Shown: positions 1 through 9,235 of the stretch, piece by piece | Layout of the letters: each line of letters begins with the position of its first letter | Numbering within the stretch: the stretch's first letter is position 1 | NCBI GenBank assembly: GCA_965204735.1 | Contig: OZ242008.1 | Span: 3,424,001-3,488,000 of the forward strand | Source of the DNA: Longimicrobiales bacterium | Lineage (GTDB): Bacteria; Gemmatimonadota; Gemmatimonadetes; Longimicrobiales; Gaopeijiaceae | Length of the DNA stretch: 64,000 nucleotides | Direction of reading: 5' to 3' | The notes under the pieces: model-generated | Database searches by the model: none | What the model was told of the DNA's origin: nothing | The model's input: only the letters and a program-made list of their open reading frames with translations | Position numbers and translations under genes: made by a program

Positions 1-1
1 G

Positions 2-2575
2 TTGCAGGCCCACGACGAGCGGCTGGCCGAAGCGACCGGCAGCTTCGTGACGGCCCATCAGACGCAGGAGAAGAACCGGCCGCCGCCGGAGCGCTGCGAC
101 GACTTCAGCCGCAGCCGCGAGCGGAACCTGGAGCTTGACCTGACGCCCGTGGACGCCGCCAGCATCTTCACCCACATCGGGGCCGCAGCCGGCTTGGGCA
201 AGCCCGGCCAGATGACCGCCGAGACGATTGCGGACGCCGTGAAGACCGCGGCCGCCCACTTCTTGGCGGAGGAAGCGATCCTCGACTCGGCCCGAGAGGT
301 CCTGGAGCTGCCGGCGGCGCCCGACAAGGAGATCGCAACCGTCGCCGCCTTGCTGCTCTGCAACGCCTGTCTGCTGCACAAGCGCCTCAAGGCGGACTCC
401 GAGCGGTGGGACGAGCTGCCGGGACTCGACGCCGTGGCCCGCGCCCGGAACCCGGCGGAGCGCCTCCAAGCAGCTTGGGAGTCGATCCTCGAGAAGGACT
501 ACGAGCCCGTCTTCGGCCCCGCGCTGGCACTTCTTGTGGCCGACTCTCAAACAAGTGCCCCCCCCCCCCCGAACGTTTCCCAAACAGCCTTGCAAAGCGC
601 CATCCGAGTGCTCGCGGAGCGCGCCGAGAGCCTTGCGGATTCGCTCAACGAGCTCGGCTACGACCACGCGGGGCCGCTGTACCACCGCATCCTGGGAAGC
701 GCGGAGAGCGACGGGGCGTTCTACACGAACAACGTCTCCGCGCTCATGCTCGCCGGCTTGGCGCTTTCGCCCGACCTGGTCGACTGGTCGGACTACGAGG
801 CGGCCACCGGCCTCCGCATCCTCGATCCCGCGTGCGGCACGGGCACCCTGCTCATGGCCGCGCTCAAGACGATCAAGGACCGCGGGCTTGCGCACGGCGC
901 CTTTGACGACGACAACCTGGCCCAGGCGCACAAGGACCTCGTAGAGCACTCCCTCCACGGCGTGGACATCAACTACCACGCCACCCAGTTGGCCGCGTCG
1001 AACCTTACGCTCGGCGCGCCAAGCGTGAACTACGAGGCGATGTCGCTGCACACGCTTCAGCACGGCCCGCAGCCCGACGGTACCGTGCGCCTGGGCAGTC
1101 TGGAACTCTTGCGCGACGCGGCGGCGGGCAGAGCGCCCGACCTGTTCGGGGTCGCCAAGACCGCCCGGGTCGTAGATCGGGGGCGGCCCGAGAGGCACGG
1201 CGGCGCACTGGACCTTCGCGACCAGAACGCCGTGTTGATGAACCCGCCCTACACGGCCAACGACAAGCGCGGCCACAAGTACGACAGGGACGACGTGAAG
1301 CGGATGCAGCGCGAGGAGCAGAAGCTGCGCGCGGCGGTGGAGCGGGCCGATCCGGGAGCCGGCGAAGTGATCGACTTCAACAGCGTCAGTACCTTCTTCA
1401 CGCCGATGGCGGACGTCCTGCTGAAGAAGGACGCGGCCGTCCTGGGCAAGGTGCTGCCGACCACCGCCTGCACCAGCACGTCGGGGCTGGCCGAGCGCAA
1501 GTTTCTTGCCAGCCGCTTCCATGTAGACGTGATCGTGACGACGCACGACCCGAAGCGCCCCAACTTGTCGGAGAACACGAGCATTCACGAGTCGCTCCTG
1601 GTGTGCAGGCGCAAGACGAAGAGGAACGCCCACGCCCCGACGTTGTTCGTGTCACTCGCCCGCAAGGCCGACCTGCCCTCCGAGATCGAGGAGATCCGAG
1701 ACTGGCTGGCCGCCGTCCACGAGCGCCGTCCGCACAAGTGGCACGCGCTCTTCGAGTGGCCGGAGGAGCGCATCGCCCGGGGCGACTGGTCGCCCGCCCA
1801 GTGGTTCGACGGCGAGCTGGCTTTCGTCGCCGCCGAGATCGAGTCGCTGGCGTCGTTGCGGCCGCTGGGCGAGATGGCGCTGGTGGAGCCGGCGGGGCAG
1901 GCCATAAGAGGAGCGATGATCAACCCGCTGAAGCACGAGCCGAAGCCGGTGTACTCGGTCATGTGGCGTCACCGGACCGGGCGGCAGACCACGATGAGGA
2001 CCACGGTCGACTGCGTCACGGAACCGAAGCCGACCAAGGGAGACTATGCGCGCAATGCGTTGTGGCCGAAGGCGAGCCGGTTGCTTGTTGCCCTCAAGAT
2101 CAACCCCCAGGCGGTCCGCACCGCTTCCGCCATGCTGGATCAGCCGGTGCTGGGCAACGCCTGGGTGCCCGTGACGCCCCACGCGAACTACTTGCGCTTC
2201 GATACGCCCGAGCGCTCGTTGCGCGTGCAGAAAGCTTGGTGCGCGTTTCTCAACTCGACGCCCGGCGCGGTACTCTTCCTCAACCGCCGCTCGAAGAAGC
2301 TCACCTACCCGGCCTACTCCCTGGACCAGCTGCGGGCGCTGCCCTGCCCCGACCCGCGCATCACGGACGCGAACGCGCTCGCCGACACCTTCGACCGGCT
2401 ACAAGACCGGGAGCTTCAACCGTGGCCGGAGATGGACCAATGTCCGGTGCGGGCCGAGTTGGACGCGGTGGTCGGCCGGGTCGTGGGGCTCGGGCCGGAC
2501 CAGATCGCCGAGTGGCGGCGCAAGCTGGTACTGGAGCCGACGATCTCCAACCGGGCGCGCACGGTGGAGCCGTAG
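2..2575 (+). CDS. N6-adenine DNA methyltransferase with C-terminal target-recognition-like region (type IIG/IIL-like RM protein), 5' end outside the window
   Basis: GAFYT, ILDPACGTGTLL (motif I), GVDIN, MNPPY (motif IV); long C-terminal extension; ORF is open at the window edge. Confidence 0.85.
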   Translation: MQAHDERLAEATGSFVTAHQTQEKNRPPPERCDDFSRSRERNLELDLTPVDAASIFTHIGAAAGLGKPGQMTAETIADAVKTAAAHFLAEEAILDSAREVLELPAAPDKEIATVAALLLCNACLLHKRLKADSERWDELPGLDAVARARNPAERLQAAWESILEKDYEPVFGPALALLVADSQTSAPPPPNVSQTALQSAIRVLAERAESLADSLNELGYDHAGPLYHRILGSAESDGAFYTNNVSALMLAGLALSPDLVDWSDYEAATGLRILDPACGTGTLLMAALKTIKDRGLAHGAFDDDNLAQAHKDLVEHSLHGVDINYHATQLAASNLTLGAPSVNYEAMSLHTLQHGPQPDGTVRLGSLELLRDAAAGRAPDLFGVAKTARVVDRGRPERHGGALDLRDQNAVLMNPPYTANDKRGHKYDRDDVKRMQREEQKLRAAVERADPGAGEVIDFNSVSTFFTPMADVLLKKDAAVLGKVLPTTACTSTSGLAERKFLASRFHVDVIVTTHDPKRPNLSENTSIHESLLVCRRKTKRNAHAPTLFVSLARKADLPSEIEEIRDWLAAVHERRPHKWHALFEWPEERIARGDWSPAQWFDGELAFVAAEIESLASLRPLGEMALVEPAGQAIRGAMINPLKHEPKPVYSVMWRHRTGRQTTMRTTVDCVTEPKPTKGDYARNALWPKASRLLVALKINPQAVRTASAMLDQPVLGNAWVPVTPHANYLRFDTPERSLRVQKAWCAFLNSTPGAVLFLNRRSKKLTYPAYSLDQLRALPCPDPRITDANALADTFDRLQDRELQPWPEMDQCPVRAELDAVVGRVVGLGPDQIAEWRRKLVLEPTISNRARTVEP
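558..570 (+). repeat. C13 homopolymer tract inside the methyltransferase CDS
   Basis: acaagtg-C13-gaacg; encodes APPPP, currently in frame. Confidence 0.9.
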
Positions 2576-2677
2576 TAGTCCGAAGTCCCGCCGCCCAGGA
2601 CATGCCAAGTCCGTGGCGGAATGCGACACGGGGGACGCCGTGCTGGCCGAGCCGGCCAACGGCGTTTCCGTCGCTCG

Positions 2678-3763
2678 CTAGTGGTATGTCGCCAAAACGG
2701 CCTGACATTTGGCGACTTTCTGGAAGATGTCGTCTGCGGAGGTCGTCCACTGGTAGGGGCGGGGATTGCGGTTGTGGACTTCGATGAGCTCCATGATCGC
2801 GTCCTTCAGCGCCTTCACGCTGGTGAACATGCCGCGCCTCAGGCGCTTCTGCGACAGCTGGGCGAACCACGCCTCCACCAAGTTCAGCCACGAACCGCTC
2901 GTGGGAACGAAGTGCAGGTGGAAGCGGGGGTGCTTGGCGAGCCACGCCTTCACGGCCGCCGTCTTGTGGGTGCCGTAGTTGTCCAGCACCAGGTGCAGCG
3001 CCACGCCCTTCGGATACTCGCCGTCCAGGCGGCGGAGGAACCTCAGGAACTCCTGCTGGCGGTGGCGCGGAGTGCACATGCCGACCACCCGACCGCGCGC
3101 CGGGTCCAGCGCCGCGAACAAGGTCGTCGTGCCGTGGCGCTTGTAGTCGTGGGTCATCGTGCCGCAGCGACCGCGCTTCAGCGGAAGGCCGGGCTGAGTG
3201 CGGTCCAGCGCCTGGATCTGGCTCTTCTCGTCCACGCACAGCACCACGCCGTCCTTCGGCGGGTTGCGGTACAGCCCCACCACGTCCTCGGTCTTCTCCA
3301 CGAACTTCGGGTCCTTCGACAGCTTGAACGTCTTCGTCCGGTGCGGCTTCAGCCCGTACGACTTCCACACCCGCTGCACCGTGCTCCGGCTCACGCCGTG
3401 GCGTTTCGCCATCATGCGCAAGCTCCAGTGCGTCGCCCCCTCCGGCTTGTTCTCCAGCGTGTCCTTGACGATCGCCCGGACCGTCTCGTCCGTGATGCTG
3501 CGCTTGCGACCCCGACCAGGCCTGATCTTCCACACCGTATCGGGACCCTCCGCCTCGAACCGTCTCCGCCACGTCAGAACCGTGGGCTTCGACACCCCCG
3601 CCTCCTTCGCGATGCGCTGGTTCGCCACGCCCTCCGCCGCCAGCAGGACGATCCGGACGCGCTTCGCCACGTCCTGCGGCGTGCTGCCCGCCCGAAGCCA
3701 GCGCTCCAGCATCGCCCGGTCCTCCTGCGACAACTCCAACGCCTTCGCAGGCTTCCTCGCCAT
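2678..3763 (-). CDS. IS630-family transposase
   Basis: N-terminal HTH (THWSLR), DDE motifs VLCVDEKSQIQAL / HLVLDNYGTHK / SWLNLVEAWF; ATG 3763 preceded by GGAGG. Confidence 0.95.
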   Translation of the reverse strand: MARKPAKALELSQEDRAMLERWLRAGSTPQDVAKRVRIVLLAAEGVANQRIAKEAGVSKPTVLTWRRRFEAEGPDTVWKIRPGRGRKRSITDETVRAIVKDTLENKPEGATHWSLRMMAKRHGVSRSTVQRVWKSYGLKPHRTKTFKLSKDPKFVEKTEDVVGLYRNPPKDGVVLCVDEKSQIQALDRTQPGLPLKRGRCGTMTHDYKRHGTTTLFAALDPARGRVVGMCTPRHRQQEFLRFLRRLDGEYPKGVALHLVLDNYGTHKTAAVKAWLAKHPRFHLHFVPTSGSWLNLVEAWFAQLSQKRLRRGMFTSVKALKDAIMELIEVHNRNPRPYQWTTSADDIFQKVAKCQAVLATYH

Positions 3764-3862
3764 CACTTCCCTCCGTGCCATGAGATCCTTGCCGAAACCA
3801 ACTCGCGACCGCAGTATAGCCCCGCCTCGCTCAACAGCCAACTCCAATCGGCGACATACCAC
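2681..3862 (-). mobile_element. IS630-family insertion sequence
   Basis: 13-bp perfect TIRs GTGGTATGTCGCC (2681-2693) and GGCGACATACCAC (3850-3862), flanked by TA duplications (2679-2680, 3863-3864) in a CTAG context. Confidence 0.93.
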
Positions 3863-4096
3863 TAGCCGCTCAGTTCTCCTGCCAACCCGGGCAAGTCGGC
3901 CACCGGCAGCAGGTTCTCGAGCCACGGCGGCAGGACATGCGTCATGAAGGCCCCGCCAGGATGTCGGGGACTGGCCGGTCGATGATCATGACCGGAACGG
4001 TAATTCCTTGAAAATCGCCAAATCACTGTGGCTTTTTCAAGGATTGCGGGTGCCGCGCCGGTACCCGCTTCGTTCTACCCGTCAAGGGGCAGCGCG

Positions 4097-4174
4097 ACCT
4101 GCCAAAATGGCAGGACCTGCGCGAAAAACCTGCCAAAATGGCAGACCCTCCCGATAAACCTGCCAAAATGGCAG
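4097..4174. repeat. Three direct copies of a 17-bp palindromic motif ACCTGCCAAAATGGCAG
   Basis: Copies at 4097-4113, 4128-4144, 4158-4174 (period 31 and 30 bp); core CTGCCA-AAA-TGGCAG is self-complementary. Confidence 0.9.
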
Positions 4175-4217
4175 GTCGGGATGGTCCGAGACGACCGTCG
4201 CGCCCGCAGGCGCCGGG

Positions 4218-5390
4218 TCAGCTGCCCTGGACGATCCGGCGCACCTGCACGAACTGCTCCCCCAGTTCGGTTTGGCCCAGCACCGCCACGGCATCTTCCG
4301 AGCCTCCGAGCAGCTCCAGGTCGGGTCCCACTTCGGCGGTCGCACGGACGACTCCTTCGATCGGGTCCACGATCACCCAGCGCGGCTCGCTTTCGGCGGG
4401 CGGGGCGAAGGGCCGAAGCCAGACGTCCCGGCCCACCTCGACCATGTCCCCGACCGACGGCGCCCACCGAGGCAGCTCGTCGTCCCACAGATTGTCGAAC
4501 ATCTCGCGAATCGTGGCCGCTGCCGGCCCGCGGCTCCTCGACAACCACCTGTCCCGCACTTCCCGCCCCGCGTCCCGGCGGTGCGGCCGTCGCTCGATGG
4601 GCAACGGCACCTTCCCCGCGACAACCGACTCGGCCTCTCCCCACACTTCGACCACCACGTCGTCCAAGGGCACGAACAGCCACCGACGCCCCACCGAGGC
4701 GAGGTGCGACCGGCCCAAGAACTCCGTCTGGAACGTCGTGGTCCTGTACCCCTCGTCGCGATTGAACTCGACGACGAAGTAGTCGTAGTTCATCAGGCGC
4801 CGGCCAGCCGTCCTCGACGTCTCCGTGGCGGCGTCGAACACGAAGATGTCGGACCAGACTTCGCGCAAGCCCCCGGCATCCGGGTTGGGCTCGTTGGACA
4901 TGTGCGCAAACGACGTGAGGAGCCACACATGGGCCGACAACACCGTCATCAGCTCCGTGGGGAACCCGTTCAGCGTCGGCAACGAGCGAACTTCCGGCTT
5001 GTCGACGCCCGGAATCCAAGTCGTCACGCGGCTCAACGGGGAGTCGTAGGCGACTACGGTGTCGCCCACCCCGAAGACTCGCGAGATCATCTCGAACTCT
5101 CCTGGACCCGAACCAGGCCGGCCCAAGGACTCGACCACTTCGCCCGCGGGAGACACGCGCAGCACGCTCGAGCTGCCGTTGTCGCCGACGAGGAGACTTC
5201 CGTCGGGCAAGACGTCGGCGTCGTGAACGTCGTGGAGCAGCACGCCGTCGCCCCGGCCGACCTCGATCAGCGGCGGATCGTCCAACCGCCACCGCTCCGG
5301 CTGAGCGGCCGCGAGAGACGGAACCGAAAGCACGGCCGCCAGCGCGAGACCTGCCGCAGTCGGACTCGCAGGCTTGGTTCTAGCGAACAT
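4218..5390 (-). CDS. Exported protein, 6-bladed beta-propeller/NHL-like
   Basis: Signal peptide (LALAAVLSVPSLAAAQ), GRPGSGPGEF motif, C-terminal ELGEQFVQV shared with paralogues in the window. Confidence 0.65.
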   Translation of the reverse strand: MFARTKPASPTAAGLALAAVLSVPSLAAAQPERWRLDDPPLIEVGRGDGVLLHDVHDADVLPDGSLLVGDNGSSSVLRVSPAGEVVESLGRPGSGPGEFEMISRVFGVGDTVVAYDSPLSRVTTWIPGVDKPEVRSLPTLNGFPTELMTVLSAHVWLLTSFAHMSNEPNPDAGGLREVWSDIFVFDAATETSRTAGRRLMNYDYFVVEFNRDEGYRTTTFQTEFLGRSHLASVGRRWLFVPLDDVVVEVWGEAESVVAGKVPLPIERRPHRRDAGREVRDRWLSRSRGPAAATIREMFDNLWDDELPRWAPSVGDMVEVGRDVWLRPFAPPAESEPRWVIVDPIEGVVRATAEVGPDLELLGGSEDAVAVLGQTELGEQFVQVRRIVQGS

Positions 5391-5471
5391 GGCGTCCTCT
5401 GGGGGCGTTGGGAGACTGCACACATGTGCATTCTGGATCGGGGAGGCAGCACTTGCAACAGGACACGGTTG

Positions 5472-7046
5472 TCACGCTTTGCGAACGGCTTCGTACACCA
5501 CAATCCCCTCGAAGGCTGCCAGGCGCGTCACCTCGAAGCGGTCGACGACGGCTTCCAGCCCCTCCAGCGATCGGCCTTCCTTCTCGCCGGCGGCGACGAT
5601 CCACACTCGGGCGCTTCCCTGGTCCCCCAACGCCCGAGCGACTTCCAGCCGACGGTCGGGGCGGCGCTGCGGTTCCCGATCCGCGTTCCAAACCAGCGCT
5701 CGCCCGCGCGGGCGGTCGCCGCGGTAGTACCGTTCCCAGGACTCGTGCAGGTAGAACTCCGCCCTGGGGCTGTAGAGGAGGACCGCGTCGTCCGGCGCCA
5801 GCCTGGCCTCCACGAAGGAAGCCGCCTCCTTCCACTGTATCCGCTGCGGCGTCCGGTGGTAGTCGACGGCACCTGGAACCGCCAGTGCCAGAAGGAGTCC
5901 GCAGAGCGCGTGGGCGGCCGGCCGAGTGGGCGTTCCCCGATAGAAGACCGAGACGCCCAGGAGCACGAGGGCCGGCATGGACGCGATGAAGTACCGGAGC
6001 GCGTAGATGTTCGCGTACGCGGCGGTGACCAGCATGGGCAGCAGCAGCCCGACGGCGGCGTACACGGCGGTTCCGACAGTGCGCAGCCGCGAGTCGGGGT
6101 CGGGACCCCGGACGCTCCGGCGGAAGAGGACCGCAAGCGCCAAGCCGGCCGTGGCCGCGGCCGCGGTCGACCACAACGTCGTCGGACCGAAGGCCAGTCG
6201 GGGCACGAGCCCGAGAAGCTCCGCAAGCCCCGGGGCGGGCCACAGCTCGAAGTCGGGGCTGTGCAGGAAGTGCTTCATCCGCCAGCTCTCCACGGCGAAG
6301 GCGACCGCCAGCGGGAGCGCGCAGAGCAGCACGCCGGCCCACGTCTTCGCAAACGCCTTGCGACGCCCGCCGCCCAGGAACGCCACGACCACCACATGGG
6401 CCGCCAGCGCAAACGCGGCGTAGGGGTGCGTCGCGCACATGGCAAGCGTCGCGACGCCGTAGGCCGCAAACTCGCGTCGCCTTGGCAAGGGCTTCGACGC
6501 GGCGGGGTCGGCGACGGCGGGTTCGGCCGTGCCGCCGCGGTCCAGAAGCCGAAGGAGGAGGTGCAGGGAGACCAGGGACAGGAAGCAGTAGAGGGCGTAG
6601 GGCCGGGCTTCCTGGGCGTAGCGGAGCGCAACGGGCGAGAGCATGAACAGCTGGCAGGCGAAGACGCCCGCCCACGGTCCGGCGGCCTGCCGCGCCATCT
6701 TGTGGAGAAGCGGAACGCACGAGGCCATGAAGAGGGCCGACGGCAGACGGAGCAGGGCGTCGCTCGTGCCCGCCACGGCGCTCCAGAGCCACAGCAGCAC
6801 GAAGTACAGGGGCGGCTGGTTGTGGACGTGGACCGAAGCCCTGACGGCCTCGATCAACCCGCCCTCCATGGTGATCAAGGTGGACATCTCGTCCATCCAG
6901 AGGCTGTCGCGACCGATTCCCAGGGCGAAGAGGCCGAACGCCTGGAGCGTAAGGCCGGCGACGACCCACGGGGAGCTGCCAAGGCGGCGGAGAGAATCGC
7001 CGACGGGTCGGCGGCTCCGGGAGCGGCGGGGAGCGTCTGCGGGCAC
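5472..7046 (-). CDS. Membrane glycosyltransferase, GT-C/GT39 (ArnT/PMT-like)
   Basis: SLWMDE, QPPLYF, LLRLPS, YAQEARPYAL motifs; many hydrophobic segments. Confidence 0.85.
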   Translation of the reverse strand: MPADAPRRSRSRRPVGDSLRRLGSSPWVVAGLTLQAFGLFALGIGRDSLWMDEMSTLITMEGGLIEAVRASVHVHNQPPLYFVLLWLWSAVAGTSDALLRLPSALFMASCVPLLHKMARQAAGPWAGVFACQLFMLSPVALRYAQEARPYALYCFLSLVSLHLLLRLLDRGGTAEPAVADPAASKPLPRRREFAAYGVATLAMCATHPYAAFALAAHVVVVAFLGGGRRKAFAKTWAGVLLCALPLAVAFAVESWRMKHFLHSPDFELWPAPGLAELLGLVPRLAFGPTTLWSTAAAATAGLALAVLFRRSVRGPDPDSRLRTVGTAVYAAVGLLLPMLVTAAYANIYALRYFIASMPALVLLGVSVFYRGTPTRPAAHALCGLLLALAVPGAVDYHRTPQRIQWKEAASFVEARLAPDDAVLLYSPRAEFYLHESWERYYRGDRPRGRALVWNADREPQRRPDRRLEVARALGDQGSARVWIVAAGEKEGRSLEGLEAVVDRFEVTRLAAFEGIVVYEAVRKA

Positions 7047-7062
7047 GGGAAGGTCTCGTCCT

Positions 7063-8268
7063 TCAGCCGCGTTCGTCCGAGAGCGGGCGGGCGTCGTCGG
7101 GGACCGACCCGGCAGGCACGACCTCGACCTCCGCGCGCACCTTGACGGCCTCTCGGATGCGTCGCGCCAGCGCCGTCGGGTCGGGCTGGCAGCCCGCGGC
7201 CGGGGTCACCCGCACCGCAAGCGCGTCGCGGCCGCTGCCGTCGTCGGTCACCGTCGCGGCGAAGCGGGCCACCGACGGCTCGGCGTCCAGCGCCGCCGCC
7301 AGCTCCCGGGGGTGCACGAACATGCCGCGCACCTTCACCCCCTCGCCCACCCGCCCGAGGAACCCCGCCAGGCGGGGACTCGCCCGCCCGCACCGGCACG
7401 GGGCGCGGTTCCACGCCGACAGGTCGCCCGTCCCGAAGCGCACGAGGGGATAGACCTCGTTCGGGCTGGTGACCACCACTTCGCCCGGCGCGCCGTCGTC
7501 CCCCACGGGCCGTCCGTCCCGGGGCGAGAGCAGCTCGACCACGACCTGGGCCGCCACATGCCAGCCATCCTTGGCCTCGCACTCGTAGCCGATCGTGCCG
7601 GCGTCGGCGGTGCCGTAGGACTGGTAGACGTCGACGCCGAAGCCGCTCCGGAGGCGGTCGCGGAGGTCGCGCGGCAAGGGGGCGCCGGTGACCAGCGCCC
7701 GCCGAATCGCCAGCGGCGGACCCGCTTCCGCCGCCCGCGTCAGGATCGTCAGGAGGAAGTGGGGCGTGCCCACGTACCCCGTGACGCCCGCGGCCCGGGC
7801 CGCCTCGATCTGGGCCGCCGCGTCGCCCACGCCGCCGGGGACGACCACGCACCCCACCGCCCGCAGCCCGCCGTCCAGCATGAGTCCGCCGGGGGTCAGG
7901 TGGTAGGAGAAGGCGTTGAGGACCACGTCGCCGCGCCGGAACCCGGCCGCCCGGGCCGCCGGCGCGACCCGCCAGAAGTCGGGGACGTCGCCTTCCGGGT
8001 CCATGATCGGCCCCGGCGAGCGGAAGACCCGCTTGAGCGCCCCCGGCGGCACCGCCAGCATCCCGCCGAAGGGCGGGTCGGCGGCATGCAGCGCGGGCAA
8101 GTCGTCCTTCGCCAGCACGGGAAGCGACCCCAGCCCGGCAACTCCCTCGACCTCTTCCGGCGACACGCCCGCGCGCTCCAGCCGTCCCCGTATCTCGCGG
8201 CTTCGCTGCGCCCCGAAGGCGACGGCTCGGGCGGCCAGCCGATCCTGCTCGGCCTCCCACTCGGTCAC
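7063..8268 (-). CDS. Phenylacetate-CoA ligase family protein (PaaK-like)
   Basis: VFRSPGP, SYHLTPGG, QSYGTAD, YPLVRFGTGD, KVRGMFVHP; GTG start overlaps the upstream TGA. Confidence 0.85.
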   Translation of the reverse strand: MTEWEAEQDRLAARAVAFGAQRSREIRGRLERAGVSPEEVEGVAGLGSLPVLAKDDLPALHAADPPFGGMLAVPPGALKRVFRSPGPIMDPEGDVPDFWRVAPAARAAGFRRGDVVLNAFSYHLTPGGLMLDGGLRAVGCVVVPGGVGDAAAQIEAARAAGVTGYVGTPHFLLTILTRAAEAGPPLAIRRALVTGAPLPRDLRDRLRSGFGVDVYQSYGTADAGTIGYECEAKDGWHVAAQVVVELLSPRDGRPVGDDGAPGEVVVTSPNEVYPLVRFGTGDLSAWNRAPCRCGRASPRLAGFLGRVGEGVKVRGMFVHPRELAAALDAEPSVARFAATVTDDGSGRDALAVRVTPAAGCQPDPTALARRIREAVKVRAEVEVVPAGSVPDDARPLSDERG

Positions 8269-9224
8269 GACAGCCAGCGCTTGCGCCGCCGGTAGTGCTT
8301 CACGTCGCGGTAGGAGCGCCGCCCCGAGTCGCCCATGCCCAGGTAGAACTCCTTCACGTCCTCGTTCTCCCGGAGCTCGTCGGCGGACCCCTCCAGGACC
8401 ACGCGACCGCCCTCCATCACGTAGCCGCGGCTGGCCACGGAGAGCGCCAGGCGGGCGTTCTGCTCCACCAGCAGGATCGTCGTGCCCTCCTCGCGGTTGA
8501 TCCGCTCCACGATCTCGAAGATGCTCTCGACCAGGAGCGGCGCCAGCCCCAGAGAGGGCTCGTCCAGCAGCATCATGCGCGGTCGGGCCATCAGGGCGCG
8601 GCCCACGGCCAGCATCTGCTGCTCGCCGCCCGAGAGGTGGCCCGCTGTCTGGCGTCGGCGCTCCGCCAGTCGGGGGAAGTAGCCGAACACCCGGTCCACG
8701 TCGGCCTCCGCTCCGGCCCGATCGCGGCGGGTGTGCGCGCCCGCGGCCAAGTTCTCCAGGACCGTGAGGTGCTCGAAGACCCTTCGCCCCTCCAGCACCT
8801 GAAAGAGGCCCTTCTCCACGATCCGGTGGGCGGCCTTCCCCTGTATCTCCTCGCCCGCGAAGACGATGGTTCCGTCGGACACCCGGCCGTCCTCGACGTG
8901 GAGGAGCCCGGAGATCGCCTTGAGCGTGGTGGTCTTCCCCGCCCCGTTGGAGCCCAGGAGGGCGGCCACCTGTCCTTCGGCCACCTCCAGCGAGAGACCC
9001 CGCAGCGCCAGGATCACCTCGTCGTAGCGGACCTCCACGTTGTTGAGGCTGAGAAGCGGGGCGGACGCCGGGCTCCTCGCGACGGTGGCGGCGCTCGCGG
9101 CGTGATCGCACCGTCGGCGATCTTCGACGTCTCGACTCGCCGGCCCCTTCGCGACGGCGGCGCTCGTGGAGACTCGGCGGTTGGCGGCTGGGCGGGTGGC
9201 GGCTCGTCCGCCGGCGTCAGCCAC
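8265..9224 (-). CDS. livF: ABC transporter ATP-binding protein (LivF-like); start uncertain
   Basis: GSNGAGKTT, LSGGEQQ, LLDEPSLGLAP, LLVEQN. Confidence 0.85.
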   Translation of the reverse strand: MADAGGRAATRPAANRRVSTSAAVAKGPASRDVEDRRRCDHAASAATVARSPASAPLLSLNNVEVRYDEVILALRGLSLEVAEGQVAALLGSNGAGKTTTLKAISGLLHVEDGRVSDGTIVFAGEEIQGKAAHRIVEKGLFQVLEGRRVFEHLTVLENLAAGAHTRRDRAGAEADVDRVFGYFPRLAERRRQTAGHLSGGEQQMLAVGRALMARPRMMLLDEPSLGLAPLLVESIFEIVERINREEGTTILLVEQNARLALSVASRGYVMEGGRVVLEGSADELRENEDVKEFYLGMGDSGRRSYRDVKHYRRRKRWLS

Positions 9225-9235
9225 GCCCCCGCCCC

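Noticed and set aside
2621..3865. 414-aa ORF antisense to the transposase, also ending ATYH
   Set aside because: The shared ending simply reflects the inverted repeat; shadow frame.
4097..4176. CRISPR mini-array
   Set aside because: Repeats of 17 bp and spacers of 13-14 bp are too short, and no cas gene is visible.
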